IMG/VR virus record: IMGVR_UViG_3300034102_002506
Span: 1-6,130 of that record
DNA from: a virus
Direction: 5' to 3' (one strand)
Length of the DNA stretch: 6,130 nucleotides
Positions 1 to 4,044 of the stretch are shown here, piece by piece. The translations under genes and the position numbers were made by a program. Positions within the stretch are counted from its first letter, which is position 1; each line of letters starts with the position of its first letter. The notes under the pieces are model-generated. The model did not search any database, had not been told where the DNA came from, and saw nothing but the letters and a program-made list of their open reading frames with translations.

Positions 1-196
1 CATGGAGTTTGAAACGACTAAAAGCATACTGAAAAACAATGATTTGAGCGTGTGTTCAAATATCATTCTCATACACCTTTCAGATGGCAATAGCGACGAA
101 CTTCTATTCAAAAACCAATGCCAACAGTTGACTGGAATACCTGCCAACGTGGCGAAAAAAGGATTAAAAATACAACTTAATAAAACACCATTTTAA
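1..196 (+). CDS. MBL-fold (metallo-beta-lactamase-like) hydrolase, C-terminal fragment; the 5' end lies outside the window
   Basis: Frame 2 is open from the window edge to TAA at 194-196. The tail ...NIILIHLSDGNSDE...TGIPANVAKKGLKIQL resembles the C-terminal hhLxHhS histidine motif region of phage MBL-fold hydrolases (recognised from memory, no search). Confidence 0.55.
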   Translation, partial: MEFETTKSILKNNDLSVCSNIILIHLSDGNSDELLFKNQCQQLTGIPANVAKKGLKIQLNKTPF

Positions 197-203
197 TACG
201 ATT

Positions 204-761
204 ATGGGAGAACAAACTAAATTCAATTTTACCACTAAGCTACATAATTGCTGTGCAACTGGCGAAGATGCAAAGTTAAGACCAGTAATGAGTGCAGTTC
301 ACTTTAAAGACGGTTATGCATACGCTACCAATGCTTACATTATGGTAAAGTCGTCACTTGAATATCACAGCGTAATCAATCCAGAATTTTTGGACGGAAA
401 AGCGATGCATAAAGACAATTTCAAAGAGATATTGAAATTTGAAAGTGCTGAATGTTGCGATGACGGTATTTCCTGCAAAAATGCTGACGGACAAGTAGCT
501 TTTTACGAGTACTTTATTTGCGACAAAGCCCCAAATTTCGATGCAATAATACCCAATTCAAACAGTTTCAAAGAGGTTGGACAAATAGGATTAAATCCTA
601 AACATATTTCCGATTGCTGTTCCGCAATGTACTCAGATAGTGGTACATTCAGACTTACTTTCAGCGGGCAAATTAAAGCCATACGAATTGATGTGATTGG
701 CTATCCTGACCAAATTGGAATTGTAATGCCAGTTGCTTTGAGTAATTCAGTATTTGATTAA
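204..761 (+). CDS. Short DnaN (beta sliding clamp)-like protein, 185 aa
   Basis: ATG at 204, TAA at 759-761. Three motifs line up with E. coli DnaN domain 2 plus the C-terminal strands. LRPVMSAVHFKDGYAYATNAYIMV resembles YLNGMLFE..LRTVATDGHRLAV. APNFDAIIPNSN resembles FPDYRRVLPKN. QIGLNPKHISDCC...IGIVMPVAL resembles EIGFNVSYVLDVL...AAYVVMPMRL. The coding call is strong; the fold assignment is moderate. Confidence 0.6.
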   Translation: MGEQTKFNFTTKLHNCCATGEDAKLRPVMSAVHFKDGYAYATNAYIMVKSSLEYHSVINPEFLDGKAMHKDNFKEILKFESAECCDDGISCKNADGQVAFYEYFICDKAPNFDAIIPNSNSFKEVGQIGLNPKHISDCCSAMYSDSGTFRLTFSGQIKAIRIDVIGYPDQIGIVMPVALSNSVFD

Positions 762-768
762 CCACTAC

Positions 769-797
769 GCACTCAGTGACTAACTACCACTGAGTGC
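769..797 (+). terminator. Perfect 10-bp inverted repeat (hairpin) after the DnaN-like gene; possible terminator or protein-binding site
   Basis: GCACTCAGTG (769-778) and CACTGAGTGC (788-797) flank a 9-nt loop, 8 nt after the stop codon. It is GC-richer than its surroundings. No T-run follows (TTAAAACAC), so intrinsic-terminator function is uncertain. Confidence 0.3.
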
Positions 798-813
798 TTA
801 AAACACTTCAACC

Positions 814-996
814 ATGAAAACAAATCTATTCGAAAGCGAAAAGCCAAAATTGCGAAAGCATAACGGTAGATATGCAACTGAAAATCAGTATTTGCGTGAT
901 GAAAATAAGAGGTTGAGAAATGAATTAGAATTAGAACGACGGAAACAACCTACTTGGAAACTTATCCGCGAGTGGGAAAAATCAAAAAAAATATGA
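814..996 (+). CDS. Hypothetical small basic coiled-coil protein, 60 aa
   Basis: ATG at 814, TGA at 994-996. The sequence is charged with heptad-like spacing (ENQYLRDENKRLRNELELERRK). Its stop overlaps the next gene's ATG (ATGA). No family recognised. Confidence 0.55.
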   Translation: MKTNLFESEKPKLRKHNGRYATENQYLRDENKRLRNELELERRKQPTWKLIREWEKSKKI

Positions 997-1391
997 AAGA
1001 TATATTCAAAGAATCAGAAGAAAAAACGCATTTATTCGTAACAATGTATCTCAGAACTGTATATCCGAAAGTGATATTCAACACAGATATGTCAGGCGTA
1101 AAGTTAACAATGGGTCAGGCTATCAAACTAAATAAATTGCGTTCATCAAAAGGATTCCCCGATTTAGTTATATACGAGCCACGTGGAGAGTATCACGGCT
1201 TGTTTTTGGAGCTTAAAAGACCGGGTGAAAGCATTTATAAAAAGGATGGCTCACTGAGGAAAAGTGAGCACTTAGAAGAACAACAATCTATGCACAATGA
1301 GTTAAGAAAAAGGGGTTATAAGTGCGAGTTTGCTGTCGGATATGATGAAGCCAAAGTATTAATTGATAATTATTTAAAACATGGATATTGA
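993..1391 (+). CDS. VRR-NUC domain nuclease (PD-(D/E)xK superfamily)
   Basis: ATG at 993 forms an ATGA overlap with the upstream stop. The track's earlier start at 954 is a TTG inside the upstream gene. The motif FPDLVIYEPRGEYHGLFLELKRPG supplies the D...ExK catalytic signature typical of VRR-NUC. Confidence 0.85.
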   Translation: MKDIFKESEEKTHLFVTMYLRTVYPKVIFNTDMSGVKLTMGQAIKLNKLRSSKGFPDLVIYEPRGEYHGLFLELKRPGESIYKKDGSLRKSEHLEEQQSMHNELRKRGYKCEFAVGYDEAKVLIDNYLKHGY

Positions 1392-1782
1392 ACAAGAAAT
1401 AAAATTTCAAGAAATCACTCAAATTATATGTGATTATTTCAACGTAACGAAAGAGGACTTAATGACCAATTCAAGAAAGAATGAGTACGTCATTCCGCGT
1501 ACTTTCATCTTTAAAATAATGCGTGACATGTACGGGAAAAATATCTCTCTTAAAACGCTTGGGGCTGTTTTTAATCGCGATCATGCAACAGTTTTAAATG
1601 CTATTCGAAAGAATGAGGAACTGCTGGAAACAAACACAAAATATCGTTTGAAATACGCCGAGTTTATGACCATTTTAAGCGAAAAAGACAGCACGGTATA
1701 TAAACTCAAAGAAGAGATACAAAAAGCTCTTAAAATGGACACAATCAATGAAATATCAAAACATTTGAGTAATTTATTATAA
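1381..1782 (+). CDS. Stand-alone DnaA C-terminal (domain IV)-like helix-turn-helix DNA-binding protein
   Basis: ITQIICDYFNVTKEDLMTNSRKNEYVIPRTFIFKIMRDMYGKNISLKTLGAVFNRDHATVLNAIRKNEE matches the Bac_DnaA_C pattern (v..edl.s..R...v..aR.iamyl.re....sl..IG..f.rdHsTVl.a.rk). There is no AAA+ domain. Confidence 0.85.
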   Translation: MDIEQEIKFQEITQIICDYFNVTKEDLMTNSRKNEYVIPRTFIFKIMRDMYGKNISLKTLGAVFNRDHATVLNAIRKNEELLETNTKYRLKYAEFMTILSEKDSTVYKLKEEIQKALKMDTINEISKHLSNLL

Positions 1783-1793
1783 ACTAATAGTAG

Positions 1794-1822
1794 TTGTATG
1801 TAAAAACTTTTTTGTATCTTTG
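1794..1822 (+). promoter_or_regulatory. Candidate Bacteroidota sigma-A-type promoter (TTG ... TATCTTTG)
   Basis: TATCTTTG at 1815-1822 fits the TAnnTTTG -7 consensus. TTG at 1794-1796 lies 18 nt upstream (-33-like). The site sits in the 140-nt gap between the stop at 1782 and the ATG at 1923. Confidence 0.4.
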
Positions 1823-1830
1823 CATTAATT

Positions 1831-1895
1831 AGCGGTAAAATATACCTATAATTGAATTTGAATTCAATTATAGGTTGAAAAAACCGCTATTTTTT
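1831..1895 (+). terminator. 58-nt compound palindrome followed by a T6 run: intrinsic-terminator-like element, operator or short ncRNA
   Basis: The outer arms are AGCGGT (1831-1836) and ACCGCT (1883-1888). The inner arms are perfect 15-nt repeats, ACCTATAATTGAATT (1844-1858) and AATTCAATTATAGGT (1861-1875), separated by TG. The element is followed by A-TTTTTT (1889-1895). Confidence 0.5.
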
Positions 1896-1922
1896 GAAAT
1901 AAAAAGTAAAAAAAATATACCA

Positions 1923-2084
1923 ATGAAAAAGATTAAAACAAAGGATATAAATCCTGAAAGACTGATTACTAAATCAAGGTACGCTGAAAAAATGGGTATA
2001 ACTCCTGCAGCAGTTCAAAAGCAAATTGAAACTGGCAAATTGACCATTATAAAGGCTAATGGGGCTGAATTAATTCACGAATAA
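1923..2084 (+). CDS. Small helix-turn-helix DNA-binding protein (excisionase/MerR-like HTH_17 type), 53 aa
   Basis: ATG at 1923; the track's start at 1875 is a TTG inside the palindrome. ITKSRYAEKMGITPAAVQKQIETGKLTIIKANGAELI fits the pattern of short Xis/AlpA-like HTH proteins. Double stop TAATAA. Confidence 0.6.
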   Translation: MKKIKTKDINPERLITKSRYAEKMGITPAAVQKQIETGKLTIIKANGAELIHE

Positions 2085-2096
2085 TAATTTACAATT

Positions 2097-2969
2097 ATGA
2101 AGTACTATCTACACGACTCTAATTCGTTTAGCGATGAAAAAATATCTGAACTATACATAAATTTCGGATATGAGGGTTTGGGGTTGTTTTATACGCTTCT
2201 TGAGAAATTAGCTTTGCAGGAAAAACCAATAAAAACAGTTGTGCTAAAATCGCAATTAAAAGTTGGAAAAAAGCTCGAAAAATGTTGGACGTTTATGGAA
2301 GAAATTGAACTAATTTCATCAAACAATGGTGAAACTTTCAACAAACAATTGCTAAACTTTAGTGGAAAGTACGCAATAAAAAAAGAAAAAAATGCAAAAA
2401 GGATTTCAGAATGGCGTGAAAAACAAGAAGTTACAAAAAATGTAACGTGTTACGAAAACGTTTGTAACACCGATAAAGTAAATAAAAGTAAAGTAAAAGA
2501 AATAAAAGAAGAGAGAGAGAGAGAAATTCCCACACCCGAAAATCGTTTTTTAATTCAAATTGATGAATTGGAAAATTACCTACTATCTCAAGAACAATGG
2601 ATTGAAATTATTTGCATGCAGAATAAAATAGACAAAGGGGGGGCGGCCGACTGGATTCGAAAATTCGTTGAAAAATTGAAAATCGAAAACGTCAAAGAAA
2701 AAACGCCTGCAGATGCTTATTCGCATTTTGCAAATTGGTTCAAAATTGAAAAACAAAAAAGCACCAACAATGGAACAACGACAAAACAAAACAATTCAAG
2801 TGGGTTCGCTCGTAAAGACTATGACCCAAACAATGGTATCGGAGACGGAACACTTATGTCCGATACAAGACGACCCGACAAATACAAGGGCGGTAAATGG
2901 TGGGAGTTTAGAAACGGGGAGTACGTTATCAGCCCTATTCAAAACAAAAATAAGCCAAATTTGCCCTAA
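2097..2969 (+). CDS. DUF4373 (Lin1244/Lin1753-like N-terminal domain) phage replication organiser-type protein
   Basis: The N-terminus YYLHDSNSFSDEKISELYINFGYEGLGLFYTLLEKLA is the characteristic DUF4373 opening. There is a Lys/Glu-rich linker, and the C-terminal ...AYSHFANWFKIEKQK resembles the tail of Bacteroidota homologues. Codon pattern (RNY-like) supports this frame through to TAA at 2967-2969. Confidence 0.8.
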   Translation: MKYYLHDSNSFSDEKISELYINFGYEGLGLFYTLLEKLALQEKPIKTVVLKSQLKVGKKLEKCWTFMEEIELISSNNGETFNKQLLNFSGKYAIKKEKNAKRISEWREKQEVTKNVTCYENVCNTDKVNKSKVKEIKEEREREIPTPENRFLIQIDELENYLLSQEQWIEIICMQNKIDKGGAADWIRKFVEKLKIENVKEKTPADAYSHFANWFKIEKQKSTNNGTTTKQNNSSGFARKDYDPNNGIGDGTLMSDTRRPDKYKGGKWWEFRNGEYVISPIQNKNKPNLP

Positions 2970-2976
2970 CTACATT

Positions 2977-3489
2977 GTGAATGAAACAAACAAATACTAT
3001 TTCAATCAGTTGTTTTTCTATGCAACGAAAGACAGTAGGTGTGATTGGAATGTGGAAAAAGGAATGTTGTTTCACGGAAAGCCAGGAACTGGTAAAAGCA
3101 CTCTAATCAAAATTTTGGCAGAGTTTCAAAGGCATTTAGGACACGGGTTTAAAGTTGTTAACTGTGCTAGTATCTCAGCTGAATTTGCATCATACGGAAT
3201 TAACGCTTTGAACGAGAGCACTTGGAATGAAGGGTTTCGTGGTATTAATCCAGTTGAAAGAGCATTTGACGAGCTAGGCAGGGAAGTACTTCCAGCCAAA
3301 TACTTTGGAAACGAAATGAACATCATGCAGCACATTTTACAAATTCGATATGATCTGAAAGTAAAAACACACCTAACAACAAACATCACAGAGGATGAAA
3401 TTGAGAAACGATACGGCAAACATATTTTTGACCGAATGATTGAAATGTTTAATTTCATCGAGATAGAGGGCGATTCATTCAGAAAATGA
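2977..3489 (+). CDS. DnaC/IstB-like AAA+ ATPase (putative helicase loader)
   Basis: Walker A GKPGTGKST, Walker B-like AFDELG, sensor-I-like THLTTN and a C-terminal DRMIEMFNFIEIEGDSFRK resemble the DnaC/IstB ending. The start is uncertain. There is no ATG between the upstream stop (2969) and Walker A apart from the Met just before it, so GTG at 2977 is the simplest start. The track's ATG at 2713 needs a 257-nt overlap. Confidence 0.8.
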   Translation: MNETNKYYFNQLFFYATKDSRCDWNVEKGMLFHGKPGTGKSTLIKILAEFQRHLGHGFKVVNCASISAEFASYGINALNESTWNEGFRGINPVERAFDELGREVLPAKYFGNEMNIMQHILQIRYDLKVKTHLTTNITEDEIEKRYGKHIFDRMIEMFNFIEIEGDSFRK

Positions 3490-3532
3490 TAATTTTTTTA
3501 TCATAAAAAGATACTTTTAGTATCGTAAACGA

Positions 3533-3564
3533 TATTTTTGGTTTATATTTGTGCTCTACTTTTG
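3533..3564 (+). promoter_or_regulatory. Cluster of three TAnnTTTG -7-type boxes (candidate promoter for the accessory island)
   Basis: TATTTTTG (3533-3540), TATATTTG (3544-3551) and TACTTTTG (3557-3564) lie in the 102-nt AT-rich gap upstream of the ATG at 3592. Confidence 0.45.
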
Positions 3565-3591
3565 ATATTAACCACATAAACCAAAATTAAA

Positions 3592-3816
3592 ATGAAAAAC
3601 TCTAAACTTTTCAGTATTAACCTAAAAGAGATAGGAAAAGGACTATTGACCGCCATATTAAGCTCGGTAATAGCTGGACTTACAGGCGGATTGCAAACGG
3701 GTGTAATTGACCCACAAATCATAGGAGTTACAGCCATGTCTGCTGGGCTTGGTTATATCGGTCGTAAACTTGTTACAAACTCGGATGACCAATTCTTGAA
3801 AGCAGAACAGAATTAA
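3592..3816 (+). CDS. Small glycine-rich membrane protein with two predicted TM segments (holin-like or other membrane-active protein)
   Basis: 74 aa. The hydrophobic stretches GLLTAILSSVIAGLTGGL and IIGVTAMSAGLGYIG are followed by a polar, charged C-terminus. A promoter cluster lies immediately upstream. No family recognised. Confidence 0.55.
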   Translation: MKNSKLFSINLKEIGKGLLTAILSSVIAGLTGGLQTGVIDPQIIGVTAMSAGLGYIGRKLVTNSDDQFLKAEQN

Positions 3817-3832
3817 AAGAAACTAGTGGACA

Positions 3833-3846
3833 GTCGGAAAGACGAC
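3833..3846 (+). other. Leader hairpin 1 (GTCG-GAAAGA-CGAC) preceding tRNA-like gene 1
   Basis: It contains the 12-mer TCGGAAAGACGA (3834-3845), which recurs at 3933-3944 (99-nt period). 4-bp stem, 6-nt loop. Confidence 0.4.
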
Positions 3847-3848
3847 GG

Positions 3849-3919
3849 GGAGTGGAGTAGTGTAGATGGTAACACGTAAGCTCGTAGGCTTAAGATGAGG
3901 TTCGAATCCTCCCACTCCG
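3849..3919 (+). tRNA. tRNA-like gene, non-canonical; anticodon not assignable (6- or 8-nt anticodon loop)
   Basis: Perfect 7-bp acceptor GGAGTGG/CCACTCC. D arm GTGT-AGATGGTA-ACAC. T arm GAGG-TTCGAAT-CCTC. The anticodon stem TAAGC/GCTTA encloses only TCGTAG. Four nt lie between the acceptor and D stems. No CCA is encoded. Confidence 0.5.
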
Positions 3920-3930
3920 ACAATGTGACG

Positions 3931-3946
3931 GCTCGGAAAGACGAGC
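3931..3946 (+). other. Leader hairpin 2 (GCTCG-GAAAGA-CGAGC) preceding tRNA-like gene 2
   Basis: It has the same loop and inner stem as hairpin 1. The next stem pair is swapped from G-C to C-G (compensatory), and one extra G-C pair is added. Confidence 0.4.
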
Positions 3947-3951
3947 AAAAC

Positions 3952-4022
3952 TGCGGGGTGGTGTAATGGTAACACGCTAGTTTCATACGCTAGATTTTTG
4001 GGTTCGAATCCCTCGACCGCAA
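3952..4022 (+). tRNA. tRNA-like gene with CAU anticodon (Met, or Ile2 if lysidine-modified); weak acceptor and T stems
   Basis: U8, then D arm GTGT-AATGGTA-ACAC. The anticodon arm CTAGT-TTCATAC-GCTAG has U33 and A37. T loop TTCGAAT. The acceptor TGCGGGG/GACCGCA pairs at only 5 of 7 positions, and the T stem TTGGG/CCCTC at only 3 of 5. Confidence 0.55.
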
Positions 4023-4044
4023 CAAACTAACTAAAACTAAAGCT

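Noticed and set aside
962-970. DnaA-box-like TTATCCGCG
   Set aside because: Only 6 of 9 positions match TTATCCACA. It is a single copy inside a coding region. No cluster occurs anywhere in the window, so it is not a credible origin or target site.
954-992. TTG-954 start for the VRR-NUC gene, and TTG-4359 for terL
   Set aside because: In-frame ATGs at 993 (ATGA coupling with the upstream stop) and 4365 are more conventional. The TTG-initiated extensions add only 13 and 2 residues, with no motif.
1875-1922. TTG-1875 start for the small HTH gene
   Set aside because: The TTG lies inside the right arm of the large palindrome and before the T6 run. ATG at 1923 gives a compact HTH protein.
2583-2789. 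Minus-strand 68-aa ORF
   Set aside because: It lies entirely antisense within the well-supported DUF4373 gene. The sequence is low-complexity and Phe/Cys-rich, with no motif. It is the expected shadow of a Lys/Glu-rich gene.
2713-2976. ATG-2713 start giving a 258-aa version of the AAA+ loader
   Set aside because: It needs a 257-nt overlap with the organiser gene. The overlapping peptide (MLIRILQIGSKLKNKK...) looks non-protein-like and uses many NCG/NGG codons, and frame 3 shows the better coding pattern there. The stop-free frame is kept as a finding, but this is not the annotated start.
3126-3458. Minus-strand 110-aa ORF
   Set aside because: It is antisense to the AAA+ loader, whose Walker A/B, sensor and C-terminal motifs fix the plus-strand frame. 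The composition is Ser/Cys/Phe-rich with no recognisable domain.
3487-3524. Short AT-rich inverted repeats after the loader gene (TGATAA-TTTTT-TTATCA at 3487-3503; GATACT-TTT-AGTATC at 3510-3524)
   Set aside because: The 6-bp AT-rich stems are weak and are expected by chance in AT-rich DNA. No T-run follows immediately, so I do not call a terminator.
3543-3737. Minus-strand 64-aa ORF overlapping the promoter gap and the 74-aa membrane-protein gene
   Set aside because: All other genes are on the plus strand, and the plus-strand ORF has a promoter cluster upstream and a coherent two-TM architecture. The minus ORF would end within the promoter cluster, and its sequence is Pro/Ile-rich and non-descript. 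This call is less certain than the other antisense ORFs.
3899-4012. Reading the tRNA-like genes on the minus strand, because TTCGAA in the T loops is palindromic
   Set aside because: The minus-strand reading gives ATTCGAA/TTCGAAC loops without the G53-T54-T55-C56...C61 context, and no D loop with GG. The plus-strand reading gives proper D, anticodon and T arms.
3817-4044. tRNA-like region as a phage attP core (integration into a host tRNA gene)
   Set aside because: attP normally carries only the 3' part of one tRNA. Here there are two near-full-length units with their own D and anticodon arms, and no integrase is present in the window. This cannot be fully excluded without the host genome.
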